From: a virus
Taxonomy: Duplodnaviria > Caudoviricetes
IMG/VR virus record: IMGVR_UViG_3300032277_000045
Location: 1-32,710 of that record
DNA: 32,710 bases
Strand: one strand, 5' to 3'
In this document: in pieces, positions 1 through 8,809 of the stretch
Numbering within the stretch: position 1 is the first letter of the stretch
Layout: each line of letters opens with the position of its first letter
The notes under the pieces: model-generated
What the model was told of the DNA's origin: nothing
Database searches by the model: none
The model's input: only the letters and a program-made list of their open reading frames with translations
Translations under genes and position numbers: made by a program

Positions 1-306
1 TGTAATTAGTGAGCCTGTAATCGCAAGAGGGCTAGACGCTCCAATAATAACACCGTTAACTGATCCGCCTGTTATCACAGCGTTGCTTGATGCAAAAGTG
101 CCGTTAGCTGTTAATGTGCCTGTAACAGTAGCTGTAGTTGTTGTAAGTGAAGAAGGATTGGTTCCTAGCTCAACAATTGCTGTAGATGCATTCTCAGTAA
201 AAAGTCGTTTATCTGTGACGTTGACCGCAAGTTCGCCTTGAACCAAGTCACTCGTAGTGGGTACGGCTGATGCGGTTGAGCTGTTCTTGGTGACTATCGT
301 TGCCAT
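1..306 (-). CDS. Tail fibre/spike protein, N-terminal part (partial, runs off window start)
   Basis: Not in the ORF track; translated by hand. ATG at 306 after an AGGA RBS gives MATIVTKNSSTASAVPTTSDLVQGELAVNVTDKRLFTENASTAIVELGTNPS..., open to base 1. The 'P....L..GELAVN..D.RLF' motif is typical of phage fibre/spike N-terminal (Mtd-N/hyaluronidase-like) domains. Confidence 0.75.
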   Translation of the reverse strand, partial: MATIVTKNSSTASAVPTTSDLVQGELAVNVTDKRLFTENASTAIVELGTNPSSLTTTTATVTGTLTANGTFASSNAVITGGSVNGVIIGASSPLAITGSLIT

Positions 307-321
307 GTTGAATTCCTGTAG

Positions 322-606
322 TTACCACTTGGTTTTGTGCGACCAGTATCGAGCTGATAGTTTAGACGGATTAGAGTCTTGAGCGTTATGCCTGGCATAA
401 TAGGATTTTTTCCTTGCCTTTTCTTTGGCAGTCTTGGGATTGCTCCCTGCGCCCTTAACACCTTGCTGCCCAAATCGGACAGTCTTGATTTGATCACCAA
501 CTTTGGCCAATACAACGTGGCTTTTAGTAGGATGGTTAGGGGTTTTTTTGGGTTGATTATACCCACTTAATCCAAGAGTGGTTAATCTTGAGTCTTTTTT
601 ACGCAT
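322..606 (-). CDS. Small basic phage protein (DUF5754-like), 94 aa
   Basis: Likely true start is MRKKDSRL at 606; the track's 768 start overlaps the capsid gene. Motif 'KTVRFGQQG...ARKKSYYARH...SARYWS..KW'. Confidence 0.6.
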   Translation of the reverse strand: MRKKDSRLTTLGLSGYNQPKKTPNHPTKSHVVLAKVGDQIKTVRFGQQGVKGAGSNPKTAKEKARKKSYYARHNAQDSNPSKLSARYWSHKTKW

Positions 607-609
607 AAG

Positions 610-634
610 ATAAAGGGGCAGGTTTCCCCGCCCC
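610..634 (-). terminator. Probable intrinsic terminator/attenuator after the major capsid gene
   Basis: Minus strand reads GGGGCGGG-GAAA-CCTGCCCC-TTTAT, 10 nt after the capsid stop; GNRA loop, short U tract. Confidence 0.7.
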
Positions 635-643
635 CATCTCCAT

Positions 644-1600
644 TTAGCCGTTAACAGCCATAATGAAACCGCTGTCAGGACGGTAAGTCTTAACACCGTA
701 CAGAGTATCAGCAGTATACAGTGTTCCGAGGAACTCCTGCTTGTACTGAGTCTGTGAACGAACACCAACTTGCTCTGCTAAGATCATAGTGTCTTTATGC
801 ACTAGCATTGCTGCACGAATCTGACCACCTGCTGAGTTTGCCGAAGCAGTCTCAGTAATAGGGCAGTTAGTAGAGATGAAAACATCAATGCCGTACAGAT
901 TGCCAATCTTACCATTTTGCACAGGCTCACCGCCAACAAAGTCAGAAGACACATAACGCTCTACACCCATTATTGCATTACGCAGTGAAGGTGGGATAAC
1001 AAACGCGCGGTTATCCATAGGTACGTCAGCATCGTCCTGCTTCTGGATCAGATCACGGAAACAAGCATCAGTGAAAACGTCAGCAGTAGTAACAGTGTCA
1101 TCAGCATAAGCTGTAAGGCCAGTTGAGGCATCACAGAAGAATGCAGCAGCAGTGTTAGTCCAAAGAGTTCCATCGCCAGAACCAAAAGACTTACCTAAAT
1201 CCATCAGGTCTGTATCAACCTGACGCGACAGAGCATAACCCGCATCTGAAGTGTAGAAGTTACGAAGCGAAGACAAAGCCTGAACTTCAGTAATATCTTC
1301 AATGATACGTGAGTATTCGTAGTGCTTGTCTAGCGCAACTTGCACTTCGCCCTCTGTGTTGCTCTGAATAGTCACAGCAGTTGCTGAGGCTTTAACGTGA
1401 GCATCTCCGCGAATAGGAGCAGGAATGTGGATGATGTCACCCTTCTTTCCTGTCATGCTCATTTTCTTTACTAGGTTCGCGAGAATAAGATTCTTCTCAT
1501 AAGCAGCGCGAATCTCGTCACTCCAGATTTCTGGAATAAATGTGGCAGCAGTAGTGTTAGTTACCGCTCCACCCATATTGGGATAGGTTGAATCAGTCAT
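644..1600 (-). CDS. Major capsid protein
   Basis: 318 aa, immediately after the scaffold. N-terminal 'FIPEIWSDEI', 'KGDIIHIP', 'G.IGNLYGIDVFIS' and C-terminal 'ADTLYGVKTYRP' are typical of podovirus HK97-fold coats. Confidence 0.9.
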   Translation of the reverse strand: MTDSTYPNMGGAVTNTTAATFIPEIWSDEIRAAYEKNLILANLVKKMSMTGKKGDIIHIPAPIRGDAHVKASATAVTIQSNTEGEVQVALDKHYEYSRIIEDITEVQALSSLRNFYTSDAGYALSRQVDTDLMDLGKSFGSGDGTLWTNTAAAFFCDASTGLTAYADDTVTTADVFTDACFRDLIQKQDDADVPMDNRAFVIPPSLRNAIMGVERYVSSDFVGGEPVQNGKIGNLYGIDVFISTNCPITETASANSAGGQIRAAMLVHKDTMILAEQVGVRSQTQYKQEFLGTLYTADTLYGVKTYRPDSGFIMAVNG

Positions 1601-1616
1601 AATAATCTCTCAAAGG

Positions 1617-2393
1617 TTAGCTTTTGACGCGACCTTCCTGATACGCACGAAATATCTCATCAGACATAGATTCATAGCGTTTCGGGTTAGTTCGCATTAG
1701 TTCAATAATGTCGCTTCTTCGATAAATTTTCCTGCTTGGAGCTTCACCACTTCCGTTAGCTCCACCTGTTGAGGCTGCATTCAAAGTTTGTTTACGTTCT
1801 TTGCGCTCAACATTTACGGCCTTCTGAGCAACATTTTGAGTTGATTTCCAACTAGAAAACAATTCATCTGCTGCATCATAATCGTAATTATTGTTTGCTC
1901 GTTCGTATAACTCTGAACGAATATTGCTACCAACCACCCACTTTTGAAAGTTAGCATTAGCAGCAACTTCTTTAATATCAGGATGCTTCTGCTGTAAAGC
2001 AGTTAGCGTCTGATTTTGTTTCATCTGATTGCCTAATTGCTCCAACTGTTTAATAGTTGGATGGTTTGCAATTTTGCTATCAACAGCCTTATCAGGTTCA
2101 GCAAAGAAATCTATCTCTTCAGCCTGTTCCGGTTCGTTGACTTTGCTCTGATTAAGAATGAAATCATCTACAACTTTTCTTAAATGACCCACCTCTTGCC
2201 CTTGCTGACCGATGCGAGACTCTGCCTCTTGATGCATCTTAATCAATTCCGCAGGAGTTTTTCCCTGATAGTTATCTGGGATGTCATCCTGGGATGGAGC
2301 TTTAGGTGGAGCTGCGGCTACCTCTTCTGAGACCGCGTCTGGTTGTACATCTTCATCTACCTCATTCTTCACTTCGTCAATAAGTTGTGCCAC
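1617..2393 (-). CDS. Capsid scaffolding protein
   Basis: Acidic, helical 258 aa protein between portal and capsid. Contains 'PDNYQGKT..EL..MHQEAE..IG.QG.EVG.LRK' and a basic C-terminal coat-binding tail 'AYQEGRVK'. GTG start with AGGAG RBS. Confidence 0.8.
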   Translation of the reverse strand: MAQLIDEVKNEVDEDVQPDAVSEEVAAAPPKAPSQDDIPDNYQGKTPAELIKMHQEAESRIGQQGQEVGHLRKVVDDFILNQSKVNEPEQAEEIDFFAEPDKAVDSKIANHPTIKQLEQLGNQMKQNQTLTALQQKHPDIKEVAANANFQKWVVGSNIRSELYERANNNYDYDAADELFSSWKSTQNVAQKAVNVERKERKQTLNAASTGGANGSGEAPSRKIYRRSDIIELMRTNPKRYESMSDEIFRAYQEGRVKS

Positions 2394-2441
2394 TATTAAA
2401 CTCCTATGGAGACAAGACCAATTCTAAGCTACCCCGAAGGA

Positions 2442-2690
2442 CTAAGATTCGGCTACCTTGCGTTCGTGTTTAATCTTCGCCTGTCTATCCTTAGCCCATT
2501 TCATAGTAGCCCCCGGATAGGAACCGGAAATGGGGTCAAGTATCGACTTAACAGGTGAGATTATTTTACTACTTAAACCGTTACACTTAGGACAGTTATG
2601 TTTGTAGTCACTAGTTACCAAAGCTCGATCCAGCATAACCTCATGGATATGTCCTTCACCGCATTGGAAATCAAAGATTACTAACATCAC
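2442..2690 (-). CDS. Small zinc-ribbon protein (FmdB-like)
   Basis: 'FDFQC..GH..E' plus 'CPKCNG' pattern. Confidence 0.6.
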   Translation of the reverse strand: MMLVIFDFQCGEGHIHEVMLDRALVTSDYKHNCPKCNGLSSKIISPVKSILDPISGSYPGATMKWAKDRQAKIKHERKVAES

Positions 2691-2913
2691 TGCTATCCTC
2701 TCGTAAACGATCTATTGTAGATTCTAAGTTAAGTATATAAGCCAAGATATTTAACTGGCCTTTGCGAAAATTCAGATCATCTCCGTCTTTTGCATGCTCA
2801 ACAGAATTAATATGAAGAGCATTGTCACGCAGCTCTTCGATTAAATCTTTCCAACCTTGCATTAAAAATATACTCGCAAGGTTGTCATAATATTGTTCAG
2901 TCTCTTTATCCAT
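2671..2913 (-). CDS. Conserved small protein downstream of portal
   Basis: Probable start MDKETEQYY at 2913. The 'F...GWK.L...........FRKGQL' pattern is common next to podovirus portals. Confidence 0.6.
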   Translation of the reverse strand: MDKETEQYYDNLASIFLMQGWKDLIEELRDNALHINSVEHAKDGDDLNFRKGQLNILAYILNLESTIDRLREDSSDVSNL

Positions 2914-3085
2914 TCTTCTTTGGCCTTCCTCTAGGCTTGACGCTTGGCTTTTCTTGCACAAAGTTTTTTATGTCATGCAGAAGAATTGTATTTTGTTTTT
3001 CTAAAGATTCTATTCGTTTTGCCAACTGATCTAAGACTACGTTTACCTGAACAACTACATTTTCTAGTTCACGTTTTGTAATCAT
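2906..3085 (-). CDS. 59-aa coiled-coil protein with C-terminal AT-hook
   Basis: Below the track cutoff. ATG overlaps the portal stop (ATGA). Translates as MITKRELENVVVQVNVVLDQLAKRIESLEKQNTILLHDIKNFVQEKPSVKPRGRPKKNG, and its stop overlaps the next start. Confidence 0.65.
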   Translation of the reverse strand: MITKRELENVVVQVNVVLDQLAKRIESLEKQNTILLHDIKNFVQEKPSVKPRGRPKKNG

Positions 3086-5031
3086 TGAGGCAATCCTTTT
3101 ACCAAATCCAGGTTAAGTTTTTTCTCTTTTAAAGCTGCATCAGCAATTTTTAATCTTCGCTCAAACTCTTTATCATCCGCAGTGCCTACTGAAAGATTAG
3201 ATGTAATCGCTTTAATCTGATCTGTCTCTAGCTCTACAGGAATCGCTTTAGTTTCTGCTGCAATCTTAGCAGCTCTTGCTTGCGACTCAGCACCTTGCCC
3301 ATTAAGAGCGTTGGTTTGTGACTGCTGGAACTCCATCTGTGCTTGCTGCATAGCTTGTTGTGCTTGCTGCTGTTCAGGCGATGGTTGTCCTGCTTCTTGT
3401 AGAGCTTGTATTAACTGCTCACGGTTACTAAGATTCATATTATCTATGATTGATTGAATCAATGCAGGATAGAGCGGAGAATCTGGTGACATCGTTTGAA
3501 GAAGCTGAACTAACTGCGTTACTTCGTATTCTCTGGCTATAATCCCTAAAGAAGAAGTTACTTCAAACTTATAATCTGCAACCGGATAAAGTTCTGGCTC
3601 AAACTGCATGTATCTGTAGGCCGCTTTACTAACAAATGGTATTAAAAAACACTCTTGGAAATTAATCAGCGTTCTTTTATGACGCTTAATAATTGCGCCT
3701 AACGACATAGATATGCCTGCCGCTGTTGATTCGCCATTAACCGAACCGCCTATACCTACGGAGTCTATAGCTCCTGTAGCAGTTTGCACCATTCTCTGCA
3801 ATTCACCTGCTTGAGCAAACGTAATCTGTGAAACTTGCCCAAAGTTAAATGGCTGTAAGACCTCCGAAGGATTACCATTCGTTAAAATGATTTTTCCTGG
3901 CTTAACTTCTGGTTTGGCTCCGCGAGGTAGTCGAGTGGCATCCATAGCCATCATAGGATGGACTGTTAATGCCAGGGCATCAATTCGTGCGCGTAGCTCT
4001 GCGTCTAATGCTTTCTGTGAGTTGTAACCTTTCTCACATACACCACGACCCCAAAATCTAGACGGTACGATGTCCCAGGGGAAAGCTACAACAGGGCGAT
4101 CTTGCATCATGTACGGGTTCTTCTCTGCTTTCAACAGAGTACCGCCGTTGGCTATTACAACAATCGCCTCAACATAGAAGCCTGTTTCTTCTTCATCGTC
4201 TGTTAGTTGCTCAACCTCTTCAAAATCTTCAAAATCTTCGTCATTTTCTAGCAAGTGTCGTGGAACAAGCCCATAATACTTAGTTAGACGGGCTTTATCA
4301 GTAGGCTGAGTAGTAAGTTCGTGATCAGGATCAAGATCAGTATCAGGATAAGCAAAGTTAAATGGCACATTTTTGTATACGCCCTTCTCTTGTAGCTGTT
4401 CTACAGCATGAGTAGGAACGAATTCATCAATAGCTACGCCTAATGCGCTGTCTACATCTACAGCAACAGGATCAATTAAGAAGTTTTGAGGTAAAACAGG
4501 GCGCAACTTACACACAGTGCGATCTGAAATATTCACACCTACCGCTTGTAGCTGCCCATCCATAATAGGCTCACTAGCAGGACGCATTTCTTTTACTTCT
4601 TCTAAAACAATTTCTGCTATACCTGTTCCAAAGACTGCGGCATTAATTAAGCACTCTGCAACACCCTTGCGGATTTTATTAGCTTTAAAATCTTCTAATA
4701 GTTTTTCGCGAAGATATGCTACGTCTTGGTTGTCAGCGTCTACTAGGTCATCCTTCATATCAAAGAATCTGCCACGACCAAACGTGGCTTCTTCAATCTC
4801 TGCCACTGACGATTCTACAGCTTGTTGTAATGCTGGAGATATAATCTCAGAACGCTCTGAGCTGCGATTACGGTCTTCTGAGGAATAGATACCTCGCCAT
4901 AATCTGTAGTATTCATCAAACTTCTGCTCGTAGTTCGTGTCATAGTGATCACGCCAATCTTGACACTTCGACATAACCCAGGACTCAAGAGTCTCTTCTA
5001 TGCCAAACTGCTCTTCGTTTGATTCCAGCAT
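3082..5031 (-). CDS. Portal protein
   Basis: 649 aa directly after terL, with 'RFWGRGV.E' and a Q/A-rich coiled C-terminal barrel like P22/N4-type portals. Confidence 0.9.
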   Translation of the reverse strand: MLESNEEQFGIEETLESWVMSKCQDWRDHYDTNYEQKFDEYYRLWRGIYSSEDRNRSSERSEIISPALQQAVESSVAEIEEATFGRGRFFDMKDDLVDADNQDVAYLREKLLEDFKANKIRKGVAECLINAAVFGTGIAEIVLEEVKEMRPASEPIMDGQLQAVGVNISDRTVCKLRPVLPQNFLIDPVAVDVDSALGVAIDEFVPTHAVEQLQEKGVYKNVPFNFAYPDTDLDPDHELTTQPTDKARLTKYYGLVPRHLLENDEDFEDFEEVEQLTDDEEETGFYVEAIVVIANGGTLLKAEKNPYMMQDRPVVAFPWDIVPSRFWGRGVCEKGYNSQKALDAELRARIDALALTVHPMMAMDATRLPRGAKPEVKPGKIILTNGNPSEVLQPFNFGQVSQITFAQAGELQRMVQTATGAIDSVGIGGSVNGESTAAGISMSLGAIIKRHKRTLINFQECFLIPFVSKAAYRYMQFEPELYPVADYKFEVTSSLGIIAREYEVTQLVQLLQTMSPDSPLYPALIQSIIDNMNLSNREQLIQALQEAGQPSPEQQQAQQAMQQAQMEFQQSQTNALNGQGAESQARAAKIAAETKAIPVELETDQIKAITSNLSVGTADDKEFERRLKIADAALKEKKLNLDLVKGLPQ

Positions 5032-5032
5032 A

Positions 5033-6283
5033 TTAATATCCTGCTACTGAGTCTAATGCCTCAAACTCATCTAATTCAAAATCGTATGTGTAGGAGACTT
5101 TAGCTAGTTGATCTATATAGGCTAAAGCGTCTACCATGTCATCGTGAGTTAATGGATCAGGGAATTGAAATATCTCATCCATAAACTGAATATTCCATTC
5201 GCCTTTATTCAGGTTGCAGATTCCGTTCTCAAATCTACCTTGTAACGCCCACATTACCCGATCAGTTTTCTTTTTGTTTCCGTGGGTTAATTCTTCAACA
5301 CGAAAAAAATTCTGATACTTTTTCATCAGATCAGTCAGCGGAGACATAACAGCTTGTCGAGCTATGCCCTTTTCTATACCTACAGAGATGGGTTCGTAGT
5401 CTCTGACTATCTGGAATATTTTCTCCGCAGTGGCGTTTAATTCCCACCTACCGCAGACAATATCCTTAACCCACCACCCATATTCGCCTACTTTTACTAT
5501 AGCGATAGCAGTGTTGTCAAGTTTTTTGTTTTTAGACTTAGCTTTGCCTACCTCTTCAAAACCCGCGAGGTCAATAGCAACATAGTAATCGCCGTCTTTT
5601 GGCTCTTCTTCATCAAAGCTAATCCACTCTTCTTTAAACATCTCAGAGCCACGCGCTTCAAAGGAGGCCATGAACTCTTGCCGAAATGCAAACGAAGACA
5701 TAGATTTCTTGGCTGCGTCTATTTCGTCTTTATCTAGTAAGTTATTATCATAGCTAGTGTAATGCCATGCTTTATAAGTGGGGTCTTCGCCTAAGCTGGC
5801 TTGTTTGTAGAGTTCATAGAAATGATTTCTACCCATTGGTGTCCCGATAAATAAGGCATTGCCTTTCAAGTCTGTTAACGCAGGTCTTAATATTAGCTCC
5901 CATACATCGGGCTTCATGTCTGCGTATTCATCCAAGACAAGAAATTTAAGACTTACTCCGCGCATTGTTTCAGGTCGATCCGCTCCTTTCAAGCTAATAG
6001 TCGTACCGTTGATTAAACGTACCTGCATATTATTAACATGTGAGCTTTCAATTACAGGCTGGCCTATGTCTAGCAAGAGATTCCACATAATATCTCTAGC
6101 TTGACCTTGAGTCGGGGCAACATAAAAGACCTGGCCTGAATTAGACTTGAGCGCGTTGACTATTAAAAGATAGGCCGCAAGGCGAGACTTGCCCGTCCTA
6201 CGACCCGCAGCAACGACTTTGAAACGTGTAGGATCGTTCCAAACTTCTTTCTGCCAATCAAGGAGATTTATATCTAGGTTCAT
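5033..6283 (-). CDS. terL: Terminase large subunit
   Basis: Walker A 'AAGRRTGKS', Walker B 'LVLDE', 'IGTP.G.NHFY', RNase H-like 'AIDLAG' and C-terminal 'HDDMVDA'. Confidence 0.95.
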   Translation of the reverse strand: MNLDINLLDWQKEVWNDPTRFKVVAAGRRTGKSRLAAYLLIVNALKSNSGQVFYVAPTQGQARDIMWNLLLDIGQPVIESSHVNNMQVRLINGTTISLKGADRPETMRGVSLKFLVLDEYADMKPDVWELILRPALTDLKGNALFIGTPMGRNHFYELYKQASLGEDPTYKAWHYTSYDNNLLDKDEIDAAKKSMSSFAFRQEFMASFEARGSEMFKEEWISFDEEEPKDGDYYVAIDLAGFEEVGKAKSKNKKLDNTAIAIVKVGEYGWWVKDIVCGRWELNATAEKIFQIVRDYEPISVGIEKGIARQAVMSPLTDLMKKYQNFFRVEELTHGNKKKTDRVMWALQGRFENGICNLNKGEWNIQFMDEIFQFPDPLTHDDMVDALAYIDQLAKVSYTYDFELDEFEALDSVAGY

Positions 6284-6313
6284 TTTAACGTCACATCGTA
6301 TGTTATGTCTATT

Positions 6314-7519
6314 TTAGAGAACAATGTCCGGTTCAATTCTTGGTCTAGGCAAGTCATAGATCATAGTCGAATGAGTACCCCCCTCTCGCCTTAAAACCAT
6401 CATTTGCATCTTTCCATCTCCCCCAAATCCTGCGCCTGAATGCCAACTGTCTGGAGGTGGTAACGCGCCGAACTTGTATACAGTGCAGCCATCCAACTCC
6501 AAAACTTCTTCATGGTGAAAATGACCACAGGCCCACATTCTATGAGTAGATTTCCCCCAGGCAACGGGCATATCCCTCGCCATTACATTCACTAGCTTCG
6601 CTGGCTTGATTTTATCCCCGTGGTTAACGCCAATAAGCCACTTCCCCCACTCGATATAGTGGAAGAAACCAATTGTTTTTAAGACATTGACCCGTGTATT
6701 CTTTCTGAAATAAGCCTGAGTTATCTGCGCCACCGCTGCTGCTGGTGTGGGATTATGATTTCCCTTCGCTATCACGACTGTGACACGTTTAAATTTCTTG
6801 AGCATTTGAATGACTGCGTATTGCATCACTTCGCCAGCTATCTCTAGAACACGCTCGTATCTGGTATCCACATCGACTTCAGTACCTGCGAAAGTCTTGT
6901 TGTGCGCCGAATCCGCATGCATAAAGTCCCCCACGTCTACCAATACAGATTGCTCAGCATCTGGCGACCTAGTTATTAAATCATTAATCGCTTCTCGTAA
7001 TCCTTGCGCTGCTATGTCGGAATCAAAATCACTGTGCTTAGTCTCCGGTGAGTATGCCCTCATGCCTAAATGCCCGTCCCCGATAAAAATCATTGGCAAT
7101 AAATCTTTGTTGAAAGCTTTTTTTGGAGGTAAGACATTTTTTGCAGGCTTAATATCTGAGCAAAGATTGTCTATGTAACTTTTAAAGGCTTCTTGCTGCT
7201 TTTCGATTGAAGCCTTCGTTTTCAGCCATATCGGATTTCCTTCATCGTCAGTTGTAAAGACTGACCTTCCGATTACCTGCTCGCCCTGCGGAACGTGTTG
7301 CCTAGCGTCGAAGTTTTCTGATAAACCTCCTTTTGTGCCAGTGGCTTGAATTCGTCTAATAGCCTGAGATACCGAACTAACATCTTTCCCCATCACTCTT
7401 GCTGTTTCATTAATCGTCTTGCACACTTTATACGTTGAATAAATTTTCACCTGGTTCTCTGTGGTGCAAAATTCAAGCAGTCTTTCGTCAAATGGCTTAC
7501 ATTTTTGATTAGCAATCAT
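6314..7519 (-). CDS. Calcineurin-like metallophosphoesterase with N-terminal HTH-like segment
   Basis: Motifs GDGHLG, VGDFMH, GNHN, NHGD and GHFHH in canonical order. N-terminal 'INETARVMGKDVSSVSQAIRR' resembles a helix-turn-helix. Confidence 0.8.
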   Translation of the reverse strand: MIANQKCKPFDERLLEFCTTENQVKIYSTYKVCKTINETARVMGKDVSSVSQAIRRIQATGTKGGLSENFDARQHVPQGEQVIGRSVFTTDDEGNPIWLKTKASIEKQQEAFKSYIDNLCSDIKPAKNVLPPKKAFNKDLLPMIFIGDGHLGMRAYSPETKHSDFDSDIAAQGLREAINDLITRSPDAEQSVLVDVGDFMHADSAHNKTFAGTEVDVDTRYERVLEIAGEVMQYAVIQMLKKFKRVTVVIAKGNHNPTPAAAVAQITQAYFRKNTRVNVLKTIGFFHYIEWGKWLIGVNHGDKIKPAKLVNVMARDMPVAWGKSTHRMWACGHFHHEEVLELDGCTVYKFGALPPPDSWHSGAGFGGDGKMQMMVLRREGGTHSTMIYDLPRPRIEPDIVL

Positions 7520-7550
7520 ACAAACTTCTCATCATTATTTTTTAATTATG

Positions 7551-7658
7551 CTATCGCTTCCTACCAGAGGCCCTCTTCTTAGGTGCGGCCTTGGCTTTTT
7601 TAGCAGCTTTCATTCCTGCTGCGGTGTAAGGGTATTTCTTTCCACGTACATTAGGCAT
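7551..7658 (-). CDS. 35-aa highly basic peptide
   Basis: Translates as MPNVRGKKYPYTAAGMKAAKKAKAAPKKRASGRKR. GGAG RBS upstream; the start overlaps the lysozyme 3' end. Confidence 0.6.
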   Translation of the reverse strand: MPNVRGKKYPYTAAGMKAAKKAKAAPKKRASGRKR

Positions 7659-8073
7659 CGTATTCTCCAGTTCGTATCATATTAGTAACAGTTATAGCTC
7701 TTTGACCCACTTGGGATGCCCAGAGCGAGTCTAGGAACTCTTTTGCCGCGAGGGGGTAGTCTTTTGCCTCCATTGCCGACAAAGCCTTCTTAAACCGTCT
7801 CAGAGAGGTTATCCCTATATTAAAACATATATTGATCATTGCCTCTTTGCGTATGTCTATTAATCCGGCAAACCAATCAAAGCTTTCGGTTAGTTCTTTT
7901 TCACATCTGCTAATGTCATTCCTTAGCAAATAATATACCTCATCGTCTGTAAGCCCCATAGAATCTAGGTTGCGGCCTACGCCAATTGTTAAATGCCCAT
8001 TAGTGTCTTCGTAAGGTTTATTCCGCATGCCCTCATGTAGAACTAACAAGTCTTTAATGAATTCATTCTGCAT
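7651..8073 (-). CDS. Endolysin, T4-type lysozyme (GH24)
   Basis: Catalytic triad pattern 'HEG.R.KPYEDT.G.LTIGVGRNL', plus 'FNIG...L..FKK' and 'DS.WA.QVG.RA'. Start probably MQNEFIK at 8073. Confidence 0.9.
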   Translation of the reverse strand: MQNEFIKDLLVLHEGMRNKPYEDTNGHLTIGVGRNLDSMGLTDDEVYYLLRNDISRCEKELTESFDWFAGLIDIRKEAMINICFNIGITSLRRFKKALSAMEAKDYPLAAKEFLDSLWASQVGQRAITVTNMIRTGEYDA

Positions 8074-8494
8074 GGAAATCACCGTTAGGAATGTCTATAA
8101 CATCAGGCACAGTATTTTCTATTGCAGTATCTGTCACACCAGAGATTGTAATGTTTACCGTAGGCTTGCCGCCAAGCTTATCTTTATCAAACGAGCTAAT
8201 AGGTAATATACGATCTACAATCAATTTCCATGCAGCAGATTGATTCTTATGGTCATCATCTTGGGCTGCTCGGAATATAGACTCCAGCACAGCATTAGTA
8301 TCTCTTCTCGCCAAGAAACGCTGTTTCATCTCCGCCATAGCTGAATGGTCACCCTTGGGTCTGCCAATCTTCCTATTCTTAGGAACTGCTACTTCTGATT
8401 TACGAGGTCTGCCACGCTTTCGCTTTATTGGGGGGTTATTAGTGTTGTCTTCAGCCACAAGATCGTAACTCTTTTTAATTAATATGTTCTGCAT
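8063..8494 (-). CDS. Probable terminase small subunit with AT-hook motifs
   Basis: First gene of the late operon. Contains 'KRKRGRPRK' and 'GRPKG', helical 'HKNQSAAWKLIVDRILP' and C-terminal strand 'VNITISG'. Confidence 0.65.
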   Translation of the reverse strand: MQNILIKKSYDLVAEDNTNNPPIKRKRGRPRKSEVAVPKNRKIGRPKGDHSAMAEMKQRFLARRDTNAVLESIFRAAQDDDHKNQSAAWKLIVDRILPISSFDKDKLGGKPTVNITISGVTDTAIENTVPDVIDIPNGDFHAE

Positions 8495-8659
8495 TAAAAC
8501 ATTAAATTGTTATTTGCGCCAATAGCCCATGTTCTGGCGAGTATAGAGCAATGTTTTATTGCGCCTTTTTTTAATTTCACCTGCTGCAAATCTGGGTGGG
8601 AACTATACATAATTGTCAGACGCGCCTGCCTCCCCCGTCCCCTCAATAAGCCCCGCTTC

Positions 8660-8726
8660 ATCGAACGAACGCTCGGTATACGGATTCATTCGCATCATAT
8701 CCATTTATCGAACGAACGCTCGGTAT
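8660..8726. repeat. Perfect 20-bp direct repeat ATCGAACGAACGCTCGGTAT (x2), TetR-like operator shape
   Basis: Copies at 8660-8679 and 8707-8726. The core AACGAACGCTCGGT is 10/14 self-complementary. Confidence 0.8.
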
Positions 8727-8809
8727 TTTAATCCAGGTATCGCATCTATATAGGCAAATGTGAGTGTGCATTCGGCTACCTCTAGCAATACCTCTACATC
8801 CCCATCAAA

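Noticed and set aside
294-768. ORFs 294-566, 379-570 and the long 322-768 start
   Set aside because: Alternative-frame or antisense overlaps; the extension crosses the capsid 3' end and its terminator.
2394-2441. CTCC-ATA-GGAG mini-hairpin over the scaffold RBS (P22-like autoregulation)
   Set aside because: Only a 4-bp stem, too weak to claim without homologue alignment.
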